A stretch of DNA of 64,000 nucleotides. Source: Fonticula alba ATCC 38817. Taxonomy: Eukaryota; Protista; Nucleariida. Numbering within the stretch: position 1 is the first letter of the stretch; each line of letters opens with the position of its first letter. Shown here one piece after another: positions 12,521 through 24,384 of this stretch. The translations under genes were made by a program, and so were the position numbers. Below the pieces are notes generated by a model, which worked only from the letters and a program-made list of their open reading frames with translations, did not search any database and was not told the DNA's origin. Location of the stretch: assembly GCA_000388065.2 (NCBI GenBank), contig KB932206.1. One strand, given 5' to 3'.

Positions 12521-13521
12521 CGTGTGTGTGTGTGTGTGTGTATGTGTGCGTGTGTGTGTGTGTGTGTGTGTATGTGGGCGTGTGTGGTCGTGGTTGTGCA
12601 TGTGTGAGTCGAGATGCGGACCTTGCTGTGCAAAAGAACACTGGCACCCAGCTCCAGCTGGTCCTTGTCCACGAAGCTGGCAATGCCGACGTAGTACTCC
12701 GGGCCGACGGCGCTGCTGATGATGGCGTGGTGGTCGTCAATGATCTCCTCCAGGGTGCCGACGCTCATCGGGGCGCCGCGCAGGTCGTCCACCCGGGCGC
12801 GGTCCTTCTGCCCGCGGGCATCGCCGTCAGCCGGGCGCAGACGCTCCTGGTTGGCGACGAACTCCTCCTCCATCAGGAGGAAGTCCTTCACGCGCTCCAG
12901 GCGCAGGCGCTTGAGACGGCAGCGGGTGTTGGGGGTGACTTGGAAGCGGCGGCGGTGGCGGGAGGGGGTTAGACAGACCAGTGGGCAGGGCGCTGGGGGG
13001 GGGGNNNNNNNNNNNNNNNNNNNNNNNNNNNNNNNNNNNNNNNNNNNNNNNNNNNNNNNNNNNNNNNNNNNNNNNNNNNGGGGGGATAGGTACTGGTGGG
13101 GAGCTTGTGGGCAGCATCGGGGCCACGGCGCTTCTTCTTCCGCCCGAGCTGGGTCGGAACAGGGGGCTCCTTCTTCTTGGACTTATCCTGCAGAGGGGCG
13201 AGAGGAGGGCGATGGCATTGGTGTCAGGAACCGGCGGCAGGGCAGGGCAGGGCGATTAACACAGGCCGGCGACGAACCTTATCCTTTTCGTTCTTCTTCT
13301 TGTCAAAGAACTGACCAGCAGGCGCGGGGGAGGGGGAGGCGAGGGGCAGGTGTCAGCGAGAGGTGTGCGGCCGTTTGCCGGAGATCGCAACGGGGCGCAT
13401 ATGTATATGCATGCGCGTGTGTGTGCGTGTGTGTGCGTGTGTGCGCATGGGTATCGGTATATGGGAAGAAAAAGAAGAAGAAGAAGAGGAGCGAGCGAGG
13501 GCCGGGGACAGGGCGAACCAT
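11512..13521 (-). CDS. RPT2: 26S proteasome AAA-ATPase subunit Rpt2 (PSMC1/S4); the Walker A/B region falls in the gap 11973-12332
   Basis: Peptides [102 protein letters not shown], and C-terminal HbYX (GMYL*). The 5'-most exon is inferred. Confidence 0.95.
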
Positions 13522-13955
13522 GGTCGGGGGTCGGCTCAGGGCGCGCGGAGGGGGAGCGAGCTGAGGTTCTTGGCAGGTTGCAGGTGGGGAAAGGGGGGGA
13601 GGGGGGGAAAGGGAGGAGGTAAAGCAAGGGGAGGGGAGAAAAGGAGGGGATTGCTGGCATCGGTCGGCAGCCTATGGACAGCCAGGCTGGCCGGGCTTGA
13701 ATCGAAGGGATGATGTCATCTCCACAGCGGATGCCCGGAGCGCAGGCGGGTCCTGTCTCCGCATCCCGGCCCCGGCGGTGCAAGCGGCAGGGGGGGGGGG
13801 GGGGGTCTCGGCGCACACCCAACGCCGCAGCCGGGCGGCCGGTTCTTCTGGAAGGGACCGGCCCACGGAGACCGCCGACTAGTGTGTCGGGTCGGCTCGA
13901 TTGCCCGGGGCGCTCTAGACACGGCGTCCGTCTTTCCTGTCCTGCTTCTCCACAG

Positions 13956-14131
13956 TGGGCGGTGCCGGCCGCGGCGGCCAGGACACCGTGTTCCGTGTTG
14001 CGCCAGCCGGAGATGAGAACACCCCGCCCTGGGCCCCCAAAGGTGTCTCTACTCTGAAGGAAGAAAATAAAAAAGAAGAGAAAAGACCAAAAGCACCAGC
14101 CAGTGTGGGGGCTCCTCCTTTGCAAGAGTAG
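13956..14131 (+). CDS. Possible exon of a small hypothetical gene divergent from RPT2
   Basis: A pyrimidine tract plus CAG at 13953-13955 is followed by an open frame GGAGRGGQDTVFRVAPAGDENTPPWAPKGVSTLKEENKKEEKRPK..LQE*. No recognisable domain. Confidence 0.25.
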
Positions 14132-14843
14132 TATTGCCGGGCGGGCGGGCGGGCGGGCGGGGGGGGGGCTCTCAGGACATATGCCAGGCCTCTTGCCAGT
14201 AAACCACACACCGCCCGCACACAGGCGAGGGGGCACTTCTGCCAGCCTCCGAAGCGCGGGAAAGCCGAGCGACCCGTCAGCGCGTTTGTCGGCATCACGA
14301 GCGAGTCACGTGGCAGAGTCACGCCGGCCCATTGTGGGCTGGGCAATCGCCCCTACTCCTTGATCCTCGCCCCTGTCAGGCCGACCGTGCCATGGGCGCT
14401 CGCACGGCCTGGGGGCGGGTGTGTGTGTGGGGGGGGGGAGATTGGTGGTCCGTGCGGCGGGGGTGTCCTCGACGGCCTCGCGGGGGATGTCCATGTGGCA
14501 GACAAGTTGGCTTCGCCGGCCTAGATTGCATGTTATCTTGCGGGCGCCGTGGAATATCGCACATTGGGGGGAAGCGGGGGCCCCCCATTGCGCGGGCCAC
14601 CTGGGATCCGGGTAACTGGGACCCGGGCTGGAAGCGCCGCCCGACCGGGCCGAGGCCCTCTGTCCAGCGGCGATGCCCGATCGCGGGGATTGACGTTAAG
14701 ATGCCTGTTGCCCAGGTCTTTGGATGGGGGAACCCCGGTCGCGGCTCTCGGGGNNNNNNNNNNNNNNNNNNNNNNNNNNNNNNNNNNNNNNNNNNNNNNN
14801 NNNNNNNNNNNNNNNNNNNNNNNNNNNNNNNNNNNNNNNNNNN

Positions 14844-14870
<27 letters not shown>

Positions 14871-14874
<4 letters not shown>

Positions 14875-14930
14875 GTGTAGATGTGCGGATGTGTGTGTAG
14901 ATGTGCGGATGTGTGTGTAGATGTGCGGAG
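14871..14930. repeat. 20-bp minisatellite x3 (GTGTGTGTAGATGTGCGGAT)
   Basis: Three adjacent copies visible; the last ends GAG. Confidence 0.9.
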
Positions 14931-15334
14931 GTGTCGGACATGCGGGGGAGGGAGTGGCCGGGAGAGATCCGGCGGCCGGGAGAGATCCCAGCAGGATGGC
15001 GAGCCCCGAGCCTGGGAGACCTGTGGATGGGGCATTTGCATTCAGCAAGACGATGGCCTGGGCGTCGCCTGCGACCATGTCCAGGGCCAGGTGTCGAGCC
15101 CCTTACCAGGTCGGGCATGCCAGCACGGGGCCGGCTCTGTTCCGGCCCCAAGCCAGGGTGCCTCATCAGCCACCATGGCCCGGCTTCTGAGGGTCAATAC
15201 GCACCACCCATGCCCTTCCTCTCGCACACCCTCCCGGCGCGCGCGTTCTTCCTCCCGGCGCCTTCTCGTCACTTCCCGGGCCCCTGCTCCCCTTTTCCCC
15301 TCGTCCTCCCGCCACGCATTCTCACCCGTCCACC

Positions 15335-16204
15335 ATGGCCCACCAGTGGTCGGCCGATTTCCAGGGCCCTCCTCGCGGCTCCGGGCTTTACCCCGCCCTC
15401 TCGCCGGCGTCGGGCGGGTCATCCGGCCCCCCGTCCAATAACCAGATCAATGTCTCGGCGCTGCTGCAATCCAATGGGTATGGCGATGTGCAGACCCAGT
15501 GGCCCGGTGCGGCGGTCGCTTCCCCCTGGGCCGGGGGGGCCGGCGCTGTTGCGGCCAACACCCGCAGCCCCCCGCCCTATCAGATGCACACGCCGCTGCT
15601 CTTTGGCACCGGTGGCCAGCCGAGTCCGGTGTTCATGGAGCCCGGCCCGGCCGCCCCGGCCTACAGCAGCCCGGCCATCGGGCGGGCCTCCCCCCTGCGG
15701 CTGAGCACCCCGGCGCCACACCCTTCGGACCTGGTGTACGGGCTGACCCGATCCACCGAGTACTGGGCACATGGGGCCGACGCGCCGCTGCCCTCCGCCT
15801 CCGGGGCCAATCCCCAGCAGGTGGCCCCGCTGGTGCCCAGCTCCCGGTACCGGCCGTATGCCATGCCGGCCGGGTGGGACCTGGGCGTCGGGCCTGACGG
15901 CCGCACCTACTTCCGCCGGCAGGTGTTTGCCGGGCGCCCGCGCCCGCCTGGCTCCGGGGCAGCCGGGCCGCAGGTCGACGACATGGCCCCGATGTCGTGG
16001 GTCGATCCGCGCGTGTCGCAGCAGGTGACCGCCCCACCGGTGCGCCTGCCCCCGGGCTGGGAGTGCTATGTGGCCGTGCCGACACCCTGGGGCGATGCCG
16101 AGGCCGGGCAGAATGGCAATGTCCGCCCGGGTGTCCTCTCCCCGCGCTTGTTCTATGTCGACCACAATCGGAAGATCACCACCTGGGTGCCGCCCGTGTT
16201 TTGA
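15335..16204 (+). CDS. Tandem WW-domain protein (289 aa) with a Pro-rich N-terminal region
   Basis: WW1 is MPAGW...DGRTYF...SWVDPR and WW2 is LPPGW...FYVDHNRKITTWVPP. Both carry loop insertions. Confidence 0.8.
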   Translation: MAHQWSADFQGPPRGSGLYPALSPASGGSSGPPSNNQINVSALLQSNGYGDVQTQWPGAAVASPWAGGAGAVAANTRSPPPYQMHTPLLFGTGGQPSPVFMEPGPAAPAYSSPAIGRASPLRLSTPAPHPSDLVYGLTRSTEYWAHGADAPLPSASGANPQQVAPLVPSSRYRPYAMPAGWDLGVGPDGRTYFRRQVFAGRPRPPGSGAAGPQVDDMAPMSWVDPRVSQQVTAPPVRLPPGWECYVAVPTPWGDAEAGQNGNVRPGVLSPRLFYVDHNRKITTWVPPVF

Positions 16205-16994
16205 TGCACCCAGCCCCCGCCCTCCAGCTTGCCCTCCGAGAGCAACATGTCCTTGCGGCTGGCCGATGTCTTGCGCTGGCATCTCTCCTCCCCCGCCTCC
16301 CAGGCGCCTTTCTGTACGCGCCCGCGCGCGGCAACAATGAAAAAGAAGGCTCGTGCCAGGGGGTGCATGTGAATGTTGATGCTTTTTTCGGTCGCCGGGC
16401 CGCAAAGGTGCCAAGTCGTCCGGGTGTGGTGCCAGGCACATGTAGCGGGGGCGACTGATGATGGTAGTGGTGGTGGTGGTGGTGGTGGTGGTGGTGGTGG
16501 TGGTGGTGGGGGGGGGGGGGCAGATTCTTTGGTGAGATCCGAACATAAGACTACCCTACGGCAGGGCGCATGTGCAACGACACCCGCCCGCATGCAGCAA
16601 ACAGCCAGGGCAGCTGCACCGAGGCGCTGCGCTTTGTCAAGCTCCTTGGTGCACAGGGTCCCGGAAGCAGCAAGTGTACACAAGGGGGGCGGGGGAGGGG
16701 GAACTGGCACAGAGGTGTGGCCGGTGACCGGCACACCAAGAAGCCCGTCGCATGTCGGCTCTTCCGGCGCGTCGATCGGCACGTGCCTGGCTGTGCAGGA
16801 TACAAGGAGCAGAGTACCCTGCCCCTCTCTCCCGCCCTTCTTTCGCCCGGGGTCTTGCACGTCCACCACAAGCCGGCCACAACGCGGGAAAAGGTGCCCA
16901 GCAGGGGGACATGGGAAAATGCATGTTTATTTTGATGGACCCATTCCTGCACAGGTGCAGGAGGAGGAGGAGGAGGAGATCGCCCAGCAGCTGG

Positions 16995-19900
16995 CTACTC
17001 ACTACCGCCGGTGGCCAGGGGCGACGCCGGCGGGAGGGGCGACGGAGAGGGCGGGGCAGCGGCGGCGCCCACCTCATCAGCCACCATGTCGCCAGTGGCC
17101 GGGGTGCCAGTCTGAACGGTCAGCAGCGTGCCGGGGCTATTGACCGGGAGGCTGGAGAAGAGGACACTGCGCTGCTCGCGCAGTCGGCTCAGCTCGGCTT
17201 CCGCATGGACCCGGTAATTGTTGTACTGCTGCATGAGCCGCGTGACGACCGCCTGCTCGTAGGTTCGCCGGCGGGTGAGGTCGGCCACGGCCGCGCGCTC
17301 GGCCTCCAGGGCAGCGCGCACCGCATGCGAATACTGCCGCAGGGCGACCACATCGTCGCACGTGTCCGGATCGAAGGTGTCCAGGCAGATGGCCACAGGG
17401 CCGGCGGCGGCCGGCGCCGAGGCGGCCCCAGCATCCCCGGCCACCGGTTCGAAGAGCGGGCCGCGGATGGGCTGCGGCAGGGCCGACAGGCAGTCGTCGC
17501 TGGCCCCGAGCGGCCCGGCCAGCGCACGGGCCTGGCCCGTCGACTCGCCGGTCCCCAAGACCGGGAGGGGGGTGCTCACCAGCGGCTGGACATTGCCAAC
17601 CGGCTGACGGATGACCGTGACCACGGTGGCCGGCGCGGCCGGGGTATCCAGCGACCGCATCGGCGTGAAGTACATGTCGTCATCGTCATCGTCGTCGTCA
17701 TCGCTGGAATGCCCACCGTCGGAGGACGAGCAGGAGGACGGCACAGTCTCATCCTGGGGGCCGGCATGTGCCCGAGCCGCGGTGCCATCGTCAAGCTCCA
17801 CGGCCCGCAGGCTGTCGGTGCCGAGGATCTCCGGCGACTCGGCCGGGGCCGTGGTCACCGTGGCCAGCAGCGAAGCCGTGGCCGGGGTACCGGGCCGGCG
17901 CCGAGCACCGGCCAGCCCCGCGGCGCTGCCACCACCGAGGGCCATGCGCCCGGCTGGCGTCTCCACCAGCGTGGCCGCCAGGCCGAGACGCGCGCCGGCA
18001 GCCAGCGGCGATGCCGGCGGCGGGGGCGGCGACCGCATGGCATGGCTCAGCAGGATATGCACCGGCGATGAGGGAATGGCCGCCGTGGGGGAGGAGGCCG
18101 CCGCGGCCAGGAGGGCGGCCGTCTGCGCCGGGCTGGGCATCGGCAGCAGGTCCGTCGCGTCATTCAGCCGCACGAAGAAGGGCGCGTCAAAGTCATCCTC
18201 ATCGTGCTGCCCGCCGGCGTGGCCGGCATCGGCCGTCGATGCCAGGGCCAGCCCCTCCACCTCGTCCTCATGCTCTTCCGTCTCCTCGTCGGAAGACACG
18301 CGCAGCAGAACCGGGATGGCGTCGCTGTCGCTCTCGGAGTCGGCGAACAGGACATCCGCCGTCCGGGGAACGGGGATCGGCGACCGGGGGAGCTGCTCCG
18401 GGTACTCGGCCATGACAGGCGGCGGGGCGCCCGACAACGTCGGCGACGAAGGCACGTGCGACTCGATGAAGCGCGACAGGCGGTTGGGCGTCTGGGGCGA
18501 GCGCAGCCCGGCCGCGCTGGCGGCCGCCTCCAGCTGCCGGTGCTGGGCCACCGACACCAGCAGCTGTGGCGACGCCGGCAGAGGGGTGTGCAGGGCGGCC
18601 GAGGGGATCGGCGACGCCGGAAGCGGAGCCGCCACAGCCGCGGCCATGGGGGTCGGCGATGCCGGAGTGCCAGCAGGAGTACCGGGAGCGGCAGCGACAG
18701 CAGGCGAGGCCGGCACACCGGTCCCGGAGGGCTCGGTGACATTGGCAGTCGCCCCGGCCTCGGTGGTGTCACCCGCCTCAGCGGTGGCAGCAGCTTCGAC
18801 AGCAGCAGGCTCGGCAGCGACAGCCTCAGCGGTCACTGCCTCCATGGACGCAGCATCCTCAGCGGCCATGTCCTTGGCGGGGGCGCCAGGATCCCCGGAC
18901 ACACTGTCGGTGGTGATCTCGGCCGCGGGACCGGCTGCAGCCTCGCCCGTGACAGTAGCAACAGCAGCGGTAGCAGCAGCAGCAGCGGTAGCAGCAGCAG
19001 CGGTGGTGGTGGTGGTGGTGGTGGTGACAGGGGTGGCGGCGGTGGGAGTGGTGCTGGCGATGTCACTGCCGGCGAGCTTCTCGGCGGCGGCCTTGGCCGC
19101 GGTCGGACCACAGGGCAGAACCGGGCCAAGGGGCTGGCCGCCCGGCCCGACATGGAGCTGGTTCATGTGCCGGCCGATCAGCTGGTGGAATTCATCGGCC
19201 AGGGCGGCATTGCGGCAGGTAATGCTGAAGGACCCCATCTCGCCGGGGGCAGTGATCAGCACGATGTTGACCGTGCGCTCGCCATACCGGTCGTTCACCA
19301 TGCGCGGCATGAGCCACGCATTCAGGGACCAAGTCATGCAGGAAAGATTCTTCAAGTCGTCGCGATAGTAGATGATGCGCGTCTTGCCGGAATCCAGGTG
19401 GAAGGCCAGCATCAGGTCGCCGCGGCCGAGCTTCTCCCAGGAGCTGTCCCGGAGCTGCTGCACCATGACCACGGTCTTGAAGATGTTCCGCTCATTGTGG
19501 CAGAGACCCATCTGCTCATCGGTCAGGGCCACCTCGTTGGAGCTGACGCGCTCGCGCCGGACGCCGACACCGGGCGGCAGGGGAACCCCCGGGCCACCGG
19601 CGCCGCCGGCACCCGACCCGCCGGCCAGTGGCGTGGCCAGGCCCGACCCGGTGGAGATGGTGGAGATGACGGCCTTTGTGATGGCCAGGGCATTGGACTG
19701 GGAGCCAGGGGTCCCGGTGGTCGAGGCGCCGGGCCCGCCGCCGACGCCGCCGGTGCCGCCCCCGCTGGCGGCCACCGAAATGGCACCGGAGCTGGTCGAC
19801 CGGCGGAAGAACTTCGGCCACGAGACCGCCGGCCCGGCGGCCGGGGAGTTCAGCAACTCGTCGCGGTTGGAGGCCAGCGACACGCCGAGCGGCTGCAGGG

Positions 19901-20187
19901 GCACAGGCGCCGGGGCAGCACCCTCGGCTCCCGGCGCGCCCTCGGCCCCGGTTGGCGTGGTTGGGGTCCCGGCCGAGGCGGCCGTGTCGACCGGCAGCCG
20001 GAGGCTGGCATAGGCCGCCTGAGCGTCGAGAGTCGACTCGCGGAGCAGCCCCAGCCACTGCTGCTTGTCCTCGGCAGAGGGGACCTGCACAACCATCAGC
20101 TGCTTGGGCTGGGCGATGCGCAGCTCGAACAGGTGGCGCAGGCCTGCGTCATGCGAGGAGAAGGAGGCGAAGCCGAGGCAGGGAAGT

Positions 20188-20226
<39 letters not shown>

Positions 20227-21224
20227 CGGGGCGGGGCGGGGCGGGGCGGGGGGGGGGGGGGGGGGGTATGGAAAGGGAGACAAGGCAGCTGCAGGGGTTA
20301 GAAAGTGGGCCGCGATCGGGGGCAGGGCAGCGGCAGCACGGCGAGAGCACGGCGAGAGCACGCACCAGGCGAGGGGTCCGGGATGTTGAAGGTGGTCACG
20401 TCGTCGAGGTCGATCGGCGCCTCAATCGGCGTCAGGCGCTCGGCTCCGGCGGTCGGGCGCCGAAGCAGCAGCAAGTGCCGGCCGACACACACCATGGTCA
20501 GCTCGTGGCGGCTTTGAATGGAGCAATCGCGGCCGATTTCCATGTGCGTGATCGGGCTCTCGAAGCGGACCCCCTCGCCAGGCCCAGCCGTCAGGCGGAA
20601 CCCCGGCGCCACCGAGGCAAAGTCCACGGCCCGCTGGAGGAAGGCCAGCCGCTCGCGCGCCTCGCTGGCACGCTGCGCTTCGTTGATTTGCTGCAGCAGG
20701 GCGTCGATCTGCCGGCAGCACCGGGCCAGGGCCAGGTGCTCATCCAGATCGCCTCCCGGGCCATCGATCGCCGTGTAGGTGCAGATCTGGCGCAGCAGGG
20801 CCGGATACTTGAAAAGGCGGTTCATCGGCTGCATCAAATTCTCATGGGGATTCCACATGAGGGTGGTCCCGGTGGCGGGGGCGCCGGTGCTGGCCGCGGT
20901 GGCGGGCCGCACAGCGGCCATGGCGTCGCGGATTTTCTGTACAGGCAGGTCAGCCTCCGGACATAGGGCCAGACACACACACACACACACACGCACATGG
21001 ACGCACATGGCCAGTGTGTGGTGTGTCGCAAAGGCAGCCGAACTATGGCAGAAGCAGCGAAGGCACTCTCCCCCCCCCCCCCCCCCCCAAACAGCCGAGG
21101 CACGCACCGTCTCATACTCGGGGATGGCCTGGCGGAGGCGATTCAGCTCGGCCTCCACCTTTGGGATGTTTAGGCAGTACGGCAGGTACAGCTGGAGCGA
21201 CTCGATCTGGGGCGCGCGCCCGCA

Positions 21225-21298
<74 letters not shown>

Positions 21299-22675
21299 TG
21301 GAGAGTATGTCATCATGTGGCGGCGGGCGATGGAAAGCACGCCCCCCTCTCCCGACAGGATCCGGGGGGAGCACGCGACAGTGACAGCGGGGAGGAGCAT
21401 CACGCACAAATGGCTGCACCAGATCCGAGATCTTCTTGATGACCGGGGTCGGGGAGGAGAAGCGCCGAGAATTCAGGGCCACCGTGAAGGCCGCATGGAC
21501 CGAAGTGATCTCATGGAAGTTGGAGAAGAGGGCCAAGCTCTCCTTGGCCACCGGCAAGTCGGCCTTGTTCAGGGGATGGAAGTAAATCTAATACAGGCAA
21601 GGGAAGACCGGGGCGAGGGGAGGAGTGGGGGGGGGGGTGTCAGGAAAGAGAGCAGAGGAAAACGGCCTGCCTCAGTGCGAGAGGGGAGCTCAGCCACCGG
21701 GCCATGTGCGGGGAGACCATGCGCCTGGCCGTACATGCTCGATCTCGGCCAGCGTACGAACGAAGATCGTCTCGGTCCGATGCAGCTCGAAGATGGCCTC
21801 CTGGCGCTTGCGCTCGCGCGTGGTCAGATGCACGAGCACGCTGCGGCTGACGGTGTCGGCCCACAGGGGGACCTGCCCATTGGGCAGGAGTTCCATGGTG
21901 GCGGCCGCCGGCGGGGCACCCCCCATGGCCTCGGTCCCGGAGGGGTGTGTCACCAAGAGCACGGAGTTGGTCACCGGGCCGAGAACCGTGCCGGTCTGCG
22001 AGACACTGGAAATGCGGACCCCGGCGCCGCTGGACTTCTTGCCACTGGTGAACAGCCGGCTGGGGGTGCTAATCAACGAAGAGAGGGAGCTCTACAGGCG
22101 AGAAGGAGGGGGGGGGAGGGGAGGGGGCAGCAGAAAAAGAAGATGACCAGCGGCCAGGCAGAAGGGGGGTTAGTATGCGCGGGAGACCGGCATGCTCCGC
22201 TTGGAGATCGCAATGCCGAGGGCAACACCCCCGAGCAGGGTCAAGTTGAAGAGGCGCAACATACCCGAGCAGGCGTCTTCGGTGGGTCATCCTGCCATTG
22301 AGGAGGGGGGGGGTGGAGGGGGGCGGGAGGCGCGAGCTGCGTCAGACAAAGGTGGCAGAGCCGCTGGCCGAGTGGGGGCAGGGGCAAAAAAACGGCCGGC
22401 GGGCTCCTGACCAGGCGTACCTTGCCGGAGAGAGGAACCGTCCCAAGCACATCGTGAAAGGACATGGTCGAGGCACTGGGCGTGAGGCCGCCGCCGGGGA
22501 GCGAGCCAGGGGTGGCTGCCTGGGTGCCGGGAAGTGGCCCGGGCGCCGGGCCACCACCAGCTACCAGCTTCGCCAGGCCCTCGATCAGGTTGGCGTTGAT
22601 TTGTGTCAGCTTCTGGAGCTGTTCATCATGGCCAGCGGCATGCTCCGGGCCCGGGGCGCCGGCGGCGGTGGACAT
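16995..22675 (-). CDS. Dbl-family RhoGEF (DH-PH) with an additional PH-like (RanBD/EVH1-type) module, long low-complexity region and C-terminal coiled coil
   Basis: About 7 exons. DH CR1 RERKRQEAIFELHRTETIFVRTL, CR3 LMQPMNRLFKYPALLRQI, helix-6 QINEAQR. PH ends LFELRI...VPSAEDKQQWLGLL. The final exon is about 3.1 kb (ORF 16995-20096). Further upstream exons are possible. Confidence 0.85.
21228..21295. repeat. (TG)n microsatellite in a RhoGEF intron
   Basis: Visible tandem repeat. Confidence 0.95.
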
Positions 22676-23740
22676 CTTCCTCAGGGGGCTTTCTTCCTGA
22701 CCGGACGATGGAGTGATGGAGCAGGTGCGGGTGGGCGGGCGGGCGGGCGGGCGGGCAGGCAGGCGAGAAAAAACAAACAAACCCAGAGCGGGGGGGGGGG
22801 AGGGGAGAAGGGGAGGGGGTCGGCCGGGGGCGCAGTCGAATGCCGGGTGTTCATTGGCACACCCCTGGCCGGGGGCTGGCCCTTCAAGGCCTCACGCCGA
22901 TGCTCCGCCGGTCTTCGCTTCCGCCCCCCGGCCCCGGGCCAGCCTCCCTTCCTGCCCTGCGTCTTCTCCTTGGCCGGATCGGCCCGCGTTCTCCGGCCTC
23001 CGGCCTTCCGTCACGACCAAGTGGTTGCCCGGGGGCAGGGCCGGCGCCACGTTGCACGAAGTGTGCGTGTGTGTGTGTGTGCGTGTGTGCGTGTGCGTGT
23101 GCGTGTGTGTTTCTACTGGGAGTGCATGCGCCGGCCCAGTGGCGGCCATCGCCATCGTCCCGGTGGCCTTGGGCCAGACACAAAGGCGCCCGAATTCCCC
23201 CATCCTCTTGGGGGCATGGAACGGCCAAATTCCTCGCCCCCCCACCCCCTCCCCCAGCCCCACCGACCAGGAGGTCGGTCCTCGGGCGGAGTTTAAATTC
23301 CGCTACAATCCACGTGACCAATCTCTCGTTACTCCCAAGCGCGACGGTTTTTTCCCGTCCTTTTTGGTGGCAGGCCCCACTCTCGCGTGCGGGCGCCCAC
23401 CCCATGCGCGGCCCTGTGTGCGCCTGCGCGGCACACCAGTCTCGGGGAACAGGTGGGCCCTCGGGGGGGGGGGGGGGGGGGCGGGGGGGGGGGGGCCGGC
23501 GGGGGAACACCGGGGAGGCGGGCCCCCCGGGGGCCGGGGGGAAGGGGCCAGGCAGGGAAATACCGGGCAGGCAGGCGTTCCACAGCGGGGAGGGGGGCTG
23601 CGCGGGAGGCAGGAAATAGGCCGGCTCTTTTTCCTTGGGGACCCGGGAACGGAGCCCCTGGGCCTGGCACCTAGTTCTCTCCCCCCCCCCCCCCCCACCC
23701 TTTGCTTGTCGGCCCGGGCTAGCGACTACGGCTGGAGTTG

Positions 23741-23773
<33 letters not shown>

Positions 23774-24384
23774 GCGTGCGTGCGTGCGCGCGGCCACATA
23801 CTCTCACTAACGGGCACATTCGTACATTCACATCCACATTCACAGAGACGTGTACATTTCCCCGCGCATATACACACGCGGGCACAGCCACAGGCCCCGC
23901 CCCCCTCTGCACGCATGTCCGCCCGACGGGCCGATCCAGCGGCGCCCTTTTTCGGCCGGTGTCCAAGATGGCCGGTCCACAGGCCGAAGGGATACACGCA
24001 TCCTGCCGGCNNNNNNNNNNNNNNNNNNNNNNNNNNNNNNNNNNNNNNNNNNNNNNNNNNNNNNNNNNNNNNNNNNNNNNNNNNNNNNNNNNNNNNNNNN
24101 NNNNNNNNNNNNNNNNNNNNNNNNNNNNNNNNNNNNNNNNNNNNNNNNNNNNNNNNNNNNNNNNNNNNNNNNNNNNNNNNNNNNNNNNNNNNNNNNNNNN
24201 NNNNNNNNNNNNNNNNNNNNNNNNNNNNNNNNNNNNNNNNNNNNNNNNNNNNNNNNNNNNNNNNNNNNNNNNNNNNNNNNNNNNNNNNNNNNNNNNNNNN
24301 NNNNNNNNNNNNNNNNNNNNNNNCTACCCCCCCCCTTTCCCGCTGGTTTCCTCCCTTGCCCCTCGCAGTCTCCCCCTTGCCGCC

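Noticed and set aside
16373-17143. Long antisense and alternative-frame ORFs here and across the window, including those spanning N-runs
   Set aside because: They result from high GC (few stops), microsatellites (HT/VC/ER repeats) and X-filled gaps. No domain signatures are present.
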